Part shown: positions 22,701-34,966 of the stretch, piece after piece
How positions within the stretch are numbered: position 1 is the first letter of the stretch
Layout: the number at the start of each line of letters is the position of its first letter
NCBI RefSeq assembly: GCF_018350175.1
Contig: NC_058368.1
Location: forward strand, 107,634,001-107,698,000
DNA from: Felis catus
Taxonomy: Eukaryota
Length of the DNA: 64,000 nucleotides
Reading direction: 5' to 3'
Notes under the pieces: model-generated
Databases searched by the model: none
Told to the model about the DNA's origin: nothing
What the model saw: the letters and a program-made list of their open reading frames with translations, nothing else
Program-made: the position numbers and the translations under genes

Positions 22701-25700
22701 ACAAAGTGAATAACTCCCATTCTTAAGGCTCTACTGTCCCTCCCACACCTCCTTTTCAACTTCACTGCACTCCGCATTGAGTTATCCTTTTCTTCCTCTG
22801 AAAGGGTGTTACTGAGTATGTCATTTATCATTTGGCTCTTATCAACAATAGAACTCACTTCCTTGATCAATAATAATACTTAGAATAACAGTATTTACTG
22901 CCTGCATCATTTATCATCAGGCACTTATCAGTAATTGCTTTTGCACTCTTGCTCACCTCTCTCAGGTGGGCACATCTTACTTTTCTAGGAAAAATGGACT
23001 AGCATTTATTATTATGTACAATACTATTTATTCTATGTAAAATAAAATAAAAGATATATTCCTCTTTTATTTCATCTTTTATTCAAAGTAAGCCAATAAA
23101 ATACTTGTATTTCCAATTTTTTTATGAAGATGCTAAATCTTATAAAATTACAGGAAGTGTCAGAGTCACACAAATAGTACAAGGCAAAGCTGTAGGTCAT
23201 GAACAGGCCTGGCTGACTCCCAAACCCATGACCTTTCCTCCATACCAGTATGCTGCCACACAGCCATTTGGCCTGCTATCAAAGGTGGAGAATGTGCCTT
23301 ACACTTCAGAATCCCCATTAGTCTTCAAAGACTTCTGGATATTTGAATAAAAAATATATATATATGTTTAGTTCTGTTCTGTCAGGTCATTTTAAGAGGC
23401 TCAAACATTCTAGTTAGGGTGCACACTTAACCCTCAAATTCTGTGTTGGACTTCTGTTGCCATGTCTGAGGTAGTTAAGCTAGTGTAAATAGTTGGTACA
23501 ATGATGTATAGGTTGCAGGTGTAAAGGCTAGGCTTCTTTTTTAATAATTGTATCAGAAATTTGGAATGACATAGAAAAACAAAAAATGGGGAGAAAAAAA
23601 AAAGACCTGAGAACTATGAGACTTGAGCTCTAATGCCATACTGTATTTATTGTGTGTAATTAATTAATTCTCTCCTCTACTTTTGGAATGCTACTAGTTG
23701 GTAGCATCCTTGGGAAAACTGAGAAAATAATCAACTCTAATTATTTTTCTGTGTTTTATAGTTCAAATGAGGAACACCAGTTGAGAAAGACCAGTGGTTG
23801 GGAATGTGGGGTAGTAGGAAAGAGGTCCATGCCTTTATGTATAAGGGAAAGGAGTTTGGGATAGTTAGAAGGGGCAAAGTTCAGCGAGTGAAAACGAAGA
23901 CCATTGCTACCCCTAGATCCGTGTGTTGGTCAATGGAGGTGGACACTGCTTTCATCGCACTCTTCCTGCTCCCAGTATGTCATTACTAGATGAGGAAAAC
24001 CTGAGTTTGATCAGGAATGTATTCCTGGGGTCAGTATCTAAGGCTTAAATTTCTTTTACATCAGCTCTGGGCAAAGCTGCTTTATTTGCTGGGGTATTTG
24101 TTAAGGTAAAGATGTAACAAAATAAAACTGCTCATAAAGTTGTGCTTCTACAAATAAACCTTCACTGAAGTGTAAAGTCAGGGTTTTTATGTGAAATCCC
24201 TCCTCTTAATTATTTTGCTGCTACTGTTCAAATATTCCAAAGTCCAAAATAATAGACTTTGTAATTTGTTGTTTCCTAGACATTTCACTGTCGCTGCTAG
24301 ATGCTTTTTGTCCCCTCCCCCACTTTGATGATAATTCATTCACGTTGCAAGTGGCTGCTTTATTGTCACTTTTCCCTCTTTCCCCTCAGCATCTGCCTTT
24401 GCATACTAAGTTTTCCCAGATTTCCTTTATACAGCATCTTTATGTTTTATACAATGTGGTTGTTTGTTTAGAGTGGTCCCAAAGCCCATTTTCTTTTTCT
24501 ACCCATATTTTCAACATAGAACGTTTTCATTCTTTCTCTGTCTTCATGTCACTGGTGCCACATCTTAATTTTTTATCATTGGCACATGTAATTAATTTGC
24601 TGCTTACATTTTTTGGTTCATTAACAAAAGACATTAAACAAATGTACCATATGTTACAACTTACTCTGTAACTTTCCATTTTTATTCTTTTTGAGTCTCT
24701 TGACATTTTCTGTTTTAAACATTCGCTCTTAAAGGCTCCCAACCCTCATACCAGCTGTAAGTATGTGGCTGACTTTATATGCGAGGTAGATTCCGATCTT
24801 TTTTATTTGTGGGAACATGGGGGGAAAGCCCTGGCCTCAAGATAGCGTTCCTATTAGCATGATTTTTACTTTAAAAAATTACCTGGAATTCTGCCAACTG
24901 GGGAGCTGGATATATGTAGAAAATAGTCTCTTATATAAAGGACTCTTGGAGCAAGTAGTCTAACCTTGATTAACCAAGCTAGACAATAGCTTGAAGTTTC
25001 AAGTAGGCCTAAGGAGAAGTACAGTTTGGAAGAGAGGGGGAGAGGTGAAAGTGACTTGTGGAATTTGGGCTGGGTCCTGGTGTGATGGGTAGGCAGCGCA
25101 GGGACCCATGTGCTTGGAGAGGGGGGACAGGAGAAATAAAGGAAGACACTAGGAGATGAGAACATTGGAAGTAAGAGGGTACCAAAAGACGAATACTCTG
25201 GTAATTTTTCCTAGAACTCAGGGTCCAGGGATAGAGGAGATAAGTCGTACTTGCCATGGCTTAGAGATCAAAAAGTTTCTGCCTCAGCCTTTAAGATAAG
25301 AGTCTGGTGAGGGGCAACTTCCTCTTATAGCAGCACTGTACACTAGATCGTTTATGAACACCGAAAACGCTTTGTACACACACTCTATCATGCATGTATC
25401 GTACGTACATCTTTTTACATGTATAGCTGGGTTGGCAAGGGTGCAAAGGAATTTTTGAGTTCGAAATGGTGAGTCTAAATCTTCATGGTCAGCAGCTCTG
25501 GAGCTAGCAGCTGCCCTGGGCAAATCTGTAGGTTCCCGGTGGCCTGAAGCTTTTCTTTCAGTAGGGCAGGATAGGTACACAGAGAGATCTGTGGACTCAC
25601 CAGAGACTCTAGGAGAAAGTCAACTTCCCTGGAAAGTGACCCTTAGCAAAAAAGAGAACCAGAAAAAAAAGTTCTACACAGAGAGATAGTAAGGAATCTT

Positions 25701-25929
25701 GCTTGTCTTAACTGTATCTCTGATAGAAAAGTTCCATGAAAGTTTATAACTATGAGCTGGGTCTCACGGTCATTTGGGAGCCGGAATTCTCTTTACCTAT
25801 GTGAACCAGAGAAACCCCATGCTAAGTATTTTGTTTAACCTGGTTATGCAAACACAAATCCTGTCTAGAAGATTACGCCGTCAATTCAAGCTTCCAAGAA
25901 ACCCAATAGGGAAAGTCTTTGTAAAAATG

Positions 25930-25931
<2 letters not shown>

Positions 25932-26020
<89 letters not shown>
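25932..26020. repeat. (CT)n(CA)n compound microsatellite
   Basis: Directly visible. Confidence 0.99.
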
Positions 26021-26021
<1 letters not shown>

Positions 26022-26482
26022 AGCAATCATAAAACAGTTGGAGAAATAAGCATCTCTTAGTGAGCATTAACTAGAAGCAAACAATTGCAGAATTAAAACA
26101 TTGAAGACCTCGAGTATTAGAATTACTGAAAATAGATTATAAAATAAGTATGCATGATAAGTGTAAAAAAGAGGTAAATGTCAGTCTATTCTATGCAGCA
26201 AATGTGAAAAATAAAACTTTTAGAAATTAATATTTTAATAAGTGATATTAGAAACTTATTGCCTTTTACTTTTTTATTCAATGTACAGATAATGTATCAA
26301 GGGCATATAAATCAGCAATTTCTAATTTACACATAGAACCAAGAATACCGAAGAGCAGAGGTTTTCATGGGAAGGGCCCTGAAAGCTAACTTGTAGCTAG
26401 AACCATATTTCCCAGTCTTGTTTCATCAAAAGGATCTCCTTACCACTCTTTCAAGAATATAATCTTGAGCTTCACCACAGAA

Positions 26483-27732
26483 TTTTTAAGTTACAGTTAG
26501 TTAACCTATACTGTAATATTAGTTTCAGATGTACAATATATTGAGGTGACACTTCCACACAACACCTGGTGCTCATTACAAGTTCACTGCTTAACCACCA
26601 TCACCCATTCAACCTACTGCCCCACCCACCTCCCCTCTGATAACCATCAGTTTGTTCTCTGTAGTTAAGAGCCTGTTTCTTGATTTGCCTCTCTCCCTTT
26701 TTCCCCTTTGCTCATTTGTTTTGTTTCTTTAGTTCCACATGAGTGAAATAATGTGGTATTTGTCTTTCTCTGACTGACTTATTTCACTTAGCGTAATATT
26801 CTCTAGCTCCATCCTCATCAATGCAAATGGTAAGATGTCATTCTTTTTTGTGGCTAAGTAATATTGCATTGTATGTATATACCACATCTTTTCCATTCAT
26901 CAGGCAATGGACATTTGGGCTCTTTCCATAATTTGACTATTGTTGATGATGCTGGTATAATTATCAGGGTACATGTATCCCTTTGAGTTAGTATTTTGGT
27001 ATTCTTTGGGTAAATACCTAGTGCTATTGCTAGATTGTAGGGTACTTCTATTTTTAACTTTTTGAGGAACTTCCGTACTGTTTTCCAGAGTGACTATACC
27101 AGTTTTCATTCCCACCAACAGTGCAAAAGGGTTCCCCTTTCTCCACATCCTCACCTACACCTGTTGATTCTTCTGTTGTTGATTTTAGTCATTCTCACAG
27201 GTGTGAGGTGATATCTCATTGTCATTTTAACAAATGGTGTTGGGAAGACTGGATGGCAACATGCAAAAGAATGAAACTGGACCACTTTCTTACACCGTAC
27301 AGAAAGATAAATTCAAAATGGATTAAAAACCTAAATATGAGACATAAAACTGTTAAAATCCTAGAGGAGAACACAGGCAGTAACCTGTTTAACATTGACC
27401 ATAGCACCTTCTTCCTAGATATGTCTCCTGAGGCAAGGGAAACAAAAACAAAAATAAAAAGCTACTGCACAGCAAAGAAAACAAACAAGAAAACTAAAAG
27501 GCAAATTACTGAATGGGAGAAGATATCTGCAGATGACATATCTGATAAAGGGTTAGTATCCAAAATACAAAAAGAACTTATAAAACTCTACACTCAAAAA
27601 ATGAGTAATTCACTTAAATAATAGGCAGAAGACATGAATATACATTTTTCCAAAGAAGCCATTCAGATGGTCAATAGACGCATAAAAAGATGATCAATGT
27701 CACTAATCTGGGAAATACAAATCAAAACTACA
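26483..27732 (-). mobile_element. 5'-inverted (twin-primed) carnivore L1
   Basis: 26483-27222 is the antisense 3' end; 27223-27732 is a sense ORF2 piece (ORF 27121-27621: NKWCWEDW...KLDHFLTPY...). Confidence 0.92.
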
Positions 27733-27827
27733 GATTTCTTAATCAGAATTTTCAGTATAAGCAACTTGGAATGAATCATATCACATGACTGTTATCATCA
27801 GACAAGTTTCCAAAACATGTGCTACAG

Positions 27828-27998
27828 CAGTGATATTCAAAGTGTGGTCCCTCTCCTGGAAGTGTTAGTTTCACTAGGAATTTGTTAGGAATGCAGATTG
27901 TCAGACTCCTCTCAAACGTACTGGATGAAACACCAGCAATCTATGGTCTATAAGACTTATAGGTGATTTTGATGTACATACAGCTTTGGAACCGTTGT
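27828..27998. mobile_element. hAT-Charlie MER5A-like element
   Basis: cagtgatattcaaagtgtggtcc...ttgttaggaatgcagatt...aggtgattttgatgtaca...tttggaaccgttg. Confidence 0.75.
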
Positions 27999-28179
27999 GC
28001 TGAATTTCTCTGTGGCTCTAGAATTAATGGAAAATTAGTTTTGATGGTCTGTACCTGTCAAATAGAAGAAGTGAAATAAACAAGAAATGGATATAGTTTT
28101 CTTGATCTCCAGTCAGAAGTACTCTCTTAACCCTCTGGTAGCCCATGACATTTTTCATATCCCTTTAATACCTTCTTTC

Positions 28180-28632
28180 TCTGCTCCTCACCTCCTCTTT
28201 CCCTGTCACCTCCTGTATATCCTTCAAGTTTCAGTGTAAATAAATGGTTCTCAGATTTTAACATAGGGGCTACACTTTGGAGAACAACTGGTTGCATGCT
28301 ACCACCTAACCCATATCCTATGCTAGGTCCCCTATTGCCTCCTTTTTTTCATTTTATTTGAGTACAGTTGACATACAGTGTTAGCTTCAGGTGTACTCCC
28401 CTATTGCTGTTTATTCCAGCATCTTGCTATTCTCTTTCATAGAATTAATACAAATGGAGACACAAAAATTATTTATAAAGATTTATTCATGATCTTTCCT
28501 TTTTGCTGAATGCGAAGCTCAGTGAGAGCAAAGACCATGTCTGCTTTGCTCACATTGGTTGTTCTAAAGCTAAGCACAGTGTCTGTCAAAAGAAGATTGT
28601 TGTTAAATATTTGCTGAACAGGTGAATAGATG
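28180..28632 (+). mobile_element. L2 3' end
   Basis: gaagctcagtgagagcaaagaccatgtctg...agcacagtgtctg...aaatatttgctgaa. Confidence 0.75.
28340..28396 (-). mobile_element. ~55-bp L1 3' stub
   Basis: poly(T) plus gagtacagttgacatacagtgttagcttcaggtgtac, flanked by TSD tcccctattgc (28328-28338 / 28397-28407). Confidence 0.8.
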
Positions 28633-29462
28633 CCTTTATTTGCTTACCCTTTGCTTCCTACCAGAAATTCTGGACTAACCTTGCTTATTGCCGTACCTGG
28701 TTCCACTCAGAGTAATTCTCCAATCTTCTCAGTGTTAAAGGGAGAGAATGTTAGAGACACATACTCCTTTTGTGGTCATGCCTATTTACTTTTTAATAAA
28801 AAAAACATTTTTTCCATTTATACTTTTGTGTTTATATTTGTTACCTCTGGATATTCTTTTTACTGTTTTATCCGTTTTCTTTTAGGAATACTGTTTATTT
28901 CTGTATTCCCTTATTACACCTTTGTTTAAATAACATAAACTTGAAGGCAGTATGGTGGAATGTGTGTTTTTTTAAGCAAGGGAGACTTTGGATAATCTCT
29001 TGTTTTCCATCTATAGGCTTTCCTGGTGATTAGCAGTGGGTGGAAGCCAAGAGGCAGGGTCTAGAAGGACTTAGAAATTGGAACATTCAAGAAATTCTTA
29101 AGATGGAAATGCACATGAGGCTGGCAAGTTTTAGTTAAAACACATTAAAAGGAAAGCTTCCAGAAATTTTCCTCTCCATATTGTAAGCTTTGGAGGGGAT
29201 GTTTGGCCCAAATTATTTGAGGCTCTTTTTATAATGTGGGGAAACTTACACATTCTGTGCCTTCAAATTTGAAGCTGGTGCCTCAAAATAGGACTAACCA
29301 GGTTGCACGTAAGGTCCTGTAGACATGTATTTAAAGGGTCTGTACCAAAAAGTTTTTAATAGCTTTCTATGAAGAATTGGAGGAAAATACAAATAATTTT
29401 AATATCCTATTTATATTTAGATAACCTGTTTTTCAGGACCATTTGTAGAAAAGACTGTTCTT

Positions 29463-29679
29463 TTCTTTTTTCTTTTCTTTTTTTTTACATTTATTTATTT
29501 TTGAGAGACAGAGCACAAGTCAGGGAGGGGCATAGAGCAAAAGAAACACCAAATTCAAAGCAGGCTCCAGGATCTAAGCTGTCAGCACAGAGCCCGATGC
29601 AGGGCTCGAACCCACAAACTGCAAAATCCTGACCTAAGCTGAAGCCGGAGGCTTAACCCACTGAGCAACCCAGGGGCCC
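29463..29679 (-). mobile_element. CAN-SINE (SINEC)
   Basis: Antisense structure; TSD gaaaagactgttctt. Confidence 0.95.
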
Positions 29680-30403
29680 TGAAAAGACTGTTCTTGACTA
29701 ACTGAATGATTTTGGCAACTTTGTCAGAAATCATCTGACCACATATGCAAGGGTTTATTTCTGAGCTTTGTAGTGTTCCATTGGTCTGTGTGTCTGTCTT
29801 TATGCCAATATCACATTGTTTTGATTACTGTAGCTCTGTAGCTTTGCAATAAGTTTTGAAATCAGGAAGTGTGAGTCCTCCAGTTTCTTTTTCATTGTAG
29901 TTTCAATGGTTTGGGAGCCCTTGAATTTTCTTATGAATCTTAGGATAGGGTTTTCTACTTCTGAAAAAAAGCATCTGTCGGCTTTTGATAGGGATTGCAT
30001 TGAATCTGTAAAGCATTTGGGGTAGTATTGACATCTTAACAATTTTAAGTTTCCATTTCATGAACATGGGATGTGTTCCATTTATTTATTTCTTAATTTC
30101 TTTCAGCCATGTTTTGTAGTTTTTATTAACCTCCTTGGTTAGGTTAATTTCTTAAGTATTTTATTCTTTTTGAAGCTATTGTAAATGGACTTGTTCTTAT
30201 AGTTTCATATTTTCAGATTATTCATTTTTGGGGTATGGAAATGCAACTGATTTTTGCTTGTTGACTTCATATCCTGTTATTTTGCTGAATTCATTTATTC
30301 TAACAGCTTTTTTTGTAGAGTCTTTAGAGTTTTCTCCATAAAGATCATATCACCTGAAAACAGAGATAATTTTATTTCTTCCTTTCCATTTTGGGTGTCA
30401 CTT

Positions 30404-30405
30404 TT

Positions 30406-30475
<70 letters not shown>
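30404..30475. repeat. (TTTC)n tetranucleotide microsatellite (~18 units)
   Basis: Directly visible. Confidence 0.99.
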
Positions 30476-30477
<2 letters not shown>

Positions 30478-30603
30478 TTTTTCCCTAGTTACTCTAAAAC
30501 TTACCATGTTGACATGAACTAGTGAAAATGGGCATCCTTGCCTTGTTTCTGATCTTAGAGGAAAAGCTTTCAGTCTTTCACCATTAAGATGTTTACTACG
30601 GGT

Positions 30604-30821
30604 GGGGTGCCTGGGTGGCTAATTCAGTCAATTGTCCGACTTGGACTCAAGTCATGATCTCTTGGCTTGTGGGTTCAAGCCCTGTGTCGGGCTCTGTGCT
30701 GACAGCTCAGAGCCTGGAGCCTGCTTTGGATTCTGTGTCTCCATCTCTCTCTCTGCCCCTCCCCCATTCACGCTCTGTCTCTCTCCAAAATGAATAAATA
30801 TTAAAAAATGTTTTGAAAAAA
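30604..30821 (+). mobile_element. CAN-SINE (SINEC)
   Basis: Canonical structure; TSD aagatgtttacta. Confidence 0.95.
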
Positions 30822-32441
30822 AAGATGTTTACTATTGGCTTTTGATATAGTTTCCTTCCATTCCTAGTTTATTGAGTGTCTTCATCATGAAAAGGTGTTG
30901 AATTTTGTCAGATGTTTTTGTCCATCAGCTGAGATGGTCATGTTTGTGATTTTTCCCCATCCATTGTGTTGAAATGGTGCACCACATTGATTATCATATG
31001 TGTAACTCTTCTTGAATTCCAGGAATAAATCCCAATTGATTATAGTGTATAATCCTTTTAATATGCCACTGGATTCTGTTTGCTAGTATTTTGTTAAGAA
31101 TTTTTATGTCCATATTTATTAAAGATATTTGTCTGTAGTTTTCTTACAGTGTTTTTGACTTTGGTATTAGGGTTATACTAGCTTCATAGAATGAATTAGG
31201 AAATTTCCCTTTTCTTCAATATTTTGTAAAAGTTTGAGCAGGATCGTAGTTCTTTAAATATTTTGTAGAATTTACCAGTAAAACAGGGCTTTTGTTTTTA
31301 GGAGATTTTTGATTACTGATTTAACCTCTTTACTAGTTATAGGTCCAATCAAGTATTATTGTTTGGGGGAGACCTTTTAATACTGATTCAATCTCCTTAC
31401 TAGTTGTAGGTCCAGTTAGGTTTTACTTCTTCATGATTTAGTCTTGATAGATTATGTCTTCTAAGAATTTGTCCATTTCATCTAGGTTACCCAATTTTTT
31501 GGCACACAGTTTTTCTTAGTACTCTTCTTTAATCCTTTTATTTCTGTAGAATTGGTAGTAATGTCTCCATTTTCATTTCTGATTTTTGTAATTTGGGTTC
31601 TTTTTTTTTCTTGGTCCATTTAACTAACAGTTTGTGAATTTGTTGATCTTTTCAAAGAACCAAATTTTGGTTTCCTTGTTTTTCTCTTTTGTTTTTGTGT
31701 TCTCTATTTTATCACTACTTTAATCTTTATTATACCATTTCTTCTGATAACTTTGTGTTTAGTTTGCTCTTCTTTTTCTAGTTGCATAAGTTGTAAAACT
31801 AGCTTGTTGATTTGACATCTTTTTTGTTTTTTTTTTTTTAATATAAGCATTTATCGGTATAAATTTTTCTCTCAGCATCACTGTCACTAAGTCCCATAAA
31901 TTTTGGTAAGTTATGTTTCGTTTTCATCCATTCTAAGAATTTTCTAATTTCCCTTGTGTTTTTTCTTTGGTGCATTTGTCTTTTAAAAGTATAGTGTTTA
32001 ATTTTTACAGATTTATGAATTTTCTGATTTTACTTTTGTTATTGATTTTTAATTTCATCCCGTTGTGGTCAGAGAAATGCTTTGTATAGTATCTCTTTTT
32101 AAATTCATTAAGACTTAACTTGTGACCTAACATATGATCTGTCCTGGGAAATGTCCCAGGTGCCCATGAGAGGAATATGACTACTGCTATTGTTGGATAG
32201 AATGTTCTCTATTTGCCTGTTAGATCTAGTTGGCTTATTGTGTGTTTAAGTCTTCTACTTTCTCATTTATCTTTTCTCTGGTTTTTCTATTCATTGTTGA
32301 GACTGGAATATGGAAGTCTCCTACTATTATTACAGAATTATCTGTTTCTTTTTTCAATTCTGTCAGGTTTTGTTTCATATGTTTTTATTGTTTCTTATTA
32401 GATGCATAAATGTTTTAATTGTTATATCTTCTTGCTATATT

Positions 32442-32966
32442 TGAGACAGTATAGGAAAAGCAGGGGGGACTTAACTCCTATAAAGCCAGTGGTCTGAGGC
32501 AAGGGTTAAAAGTTTCCATACACTTATAGAATAATACCTCCTTCTGGGAAAGCAAACAAGTGAGAGATAAGAGCCATTAGGGAGTAATGGCTATCTGGGC
32601 AAAATTAGAATTAACAATTGGAAACCAGCTAGCACAAGTATTTCTATTTTCCAAGAGCCGTAAAAGCATGTCAACCATGAAAAAGACTTCCTGTGATTAT
32701 CTTGTGTCCACTAAAAAGTAACAGCCACAAGATAATGACTGTGTGACTGAAGGGTGCTTCCCCATTCCTAGCCCCTTACCCTTTGGAAAAGTGCCTTCAT
32801 ATAAGACTTACATGCTACCTCTGCATTCCTTTTTCTTGTTGGCTCCCTTGTATATAAGCTATCTCTAAAAAAATGCACAAGTTTTAGGGTTTTTTTCTCT
32901 CTCAAGTTTGGTGTTCATTTCTATGACATTGAGACTTAAGACCCTCATATTGGGGGCCCATTAACA
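32442..32966 (+). mobile_element. ERV solo LTR (probably class I/ERV1)
   Basis: TG...CA ends, 4-bp TSD tatt (32438-32441 / 32967-32970), TATA-like tatataag at 32851; host L1 reads through when it is removed. Confidence 0.85.
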
Positions 32967-33429
32967 TATTGAACCTTTTATTAGTACTTAATATCCTTTT
33001 TTTGTTCCTTGTAAATTTTTTATTTACAGTTTATTTTCTTTGATATTATGCTAAACACCCCTGCTTGGTGTTTGTTAGTCTTTTCCTGGGGATATTTTTT
33101 CCATTGTTTACTTTCAGTCTCTTTGTATCTTTGAATCTAAAGTATCTTTGTAGATAACCTGTAGTTGTTTGGTTTTTTTAATCCTTTCTGCCAGTCTCTG
33201 TCTTCTGTTTGAAGAGTTTAATCCATTTACATTTAAAATAATTAATAAGGAAGTATTTGTCACTTTACTGTTTGTTTTCTATATGCCTTATAGCTTTTCT
33301 GTCTTTCATTTAACAGATTACTGTCTTCTTTTGAGTTAAGTTTATGTTCTGAAATGTCTAAGTTCTGTCCTCATTTCCTTTGCCTATTTTCTTTATGGTT
33401 ACCATAGGCATTGCATTTAACAGTGGTCA

Positions 33430-33785
33430 CTGGTCCCTTGTCTCTGCTTCTATGATCAGAAGAGGAAATCAGCAATCAGAGCATAGATCCTCTAGTATTT
33501 GGAGCCTTTTTGCTCACCTTGCCTCTCATAACCTATGTGCAAGCTATTTCAGGAACTTATGCATAGCTGCCTGACATGGGATTTGGGTAAGGGTAAGGGC
33601 TACCTTGCTAAGAAGTGAAATTGACTGAAATTAACCACAATTTATTATTCAATTCCTCCCCTGGAAGTTGCAAACCTTCAATGGACTCCAGAGTTCCAAA
33701 ATTGCTACATGAGATTTTGCTGGTGTAATTGTTGTCTGGATTAGACAGAAGATTCCTTGTGCTTCTAACTCTGTCATCTTCCCTA
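33430..33785 (-). mobile_element. Old L1M 5' UTR fragment
   Basis: ctccagagttccaaaa...ctctgtcatcttcc (antisense of the L1 start ggaagatggc). Confidence 0.55.
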
Positions 33786-34703
33786 TCAAATTCCTGAAGA
33801 ATTTCTTGAAATAAAATTTTAAAGGAAGATATCATGTCCATACTTAAAAGTGATTCATACTTCAATATTTTTCTGTACAGAGGCTTTTAATTTTTTCTCA
33901 CTCTTCTATTTAACCCCTGCTAACTTCTACTAGATTATTTTTATTTGATAGTTAGGGAAGTGCTAAGAATATGGTAGGGTATTTAATATACTTAAGGGAT
34001 TGAAAGAGAGAGGGAGAATGCAAGGCACAAATATGAGGAACATTTTTAGAATAGTCTATACAGCTTTATACAATATGGCCTCTATTTGCTCACACTGATT
34101 TCTTGCCAGTGATATCTTTGTTAGCTATTGAATGTATTTTGTAAAATTCCTCCTTGTACACTATGATTTCAAAATATCCACTTACTTGCATTTAAGTGAA
34201 CAAACACACTTTCCTTTCCATGTCTTTCTGCTTATGGATTTGGTATTCCCTATGATTGTAATGTTCCTCTTCTCCGTTACCATTCAGCAAATTCCTTTGT
34301 ATCCTTCAAGACTGCATAAATCTCTTTTTTAGCATAAGTTTACATCTCCTTCATCTTTATGTAAGCAGAGTTATTATTTCTTTCTTCTTTTATTTTCCAA
34401 CATTTGTTCATACTTCCCTTATTTCATTATCATCCTGCACTGGTGATTATTTGTTGCCCATTCTGTTTTCCATTTAGACTGAGAGAGTATCCTTGAGGGA
34501 AAGCTTCTATTTTATTCATATTAGCTCTTTGATTAGAAAGAGGCAGCCCCAATACATGGTGAAAAAGAGAGAATTGGTAAGTAACTCCCTTTCTGTATTA
34601 TAAAGGAACCATGACCTTTGGAAAACATAAACATCATGAAAATAAAATTTTAAAGATAAACCTGTGAGGAAACTAGCAATTAAAAAATAATTAACCATGT
34701 TTT

Positions 34704-34917
34704 GGGGCACCTGGGTGGCGCAGTCGGTTAAGCGTCCGACTTCAGCCAGGTCACGATCTCGCGGTCCGTGAGTTCGAGCCCCGCGTTGGGCTCTGGGCTG
34801 ATGGCTCAGAGCCTGGAGCCTGTTTCCGATTCTGTGTCTCCCTCTCTCTCTGCCCCTCCCCTGTTCACGCTCTGTCTCTCTCTGTCCCAAAAATAAATAA
34901 ATGTTGAAAAAAAAAAT

Positions 34918-34964
<47 letters not shown>
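34704..34964 (+). mobile_element. Young cat-type CAN-SINE with (TAAA)n tail
   Basis: Many intact CpGs; TSD aaaaaataattaa(c/g)catgttt. Confidence 0.97.

Positions 34965-34966
<2 letters not shown>

Larger units (their letters stand above)
29425..33420 (-). mobile_element. Old L1M ORF2 fragment, interrupted by two SINEs, a microsatellite and a solo LTR
   Basis: Continuous antisense ORF2 motifs (gatagggattgcattgaatctg, gggcatccttgccttgtttctgatcttagaggaaaagc, tcaaagaaccaa). Confidence 0.9.

Noticed and set aside
26261..26482. Possible processed pseudogene 3' end or 3' transduction next to the inverted L1
   Set aside because: AATAAA merges directly into a short A run, no recognisable protein, no TSD of its own, and the L1's TSD excludes it
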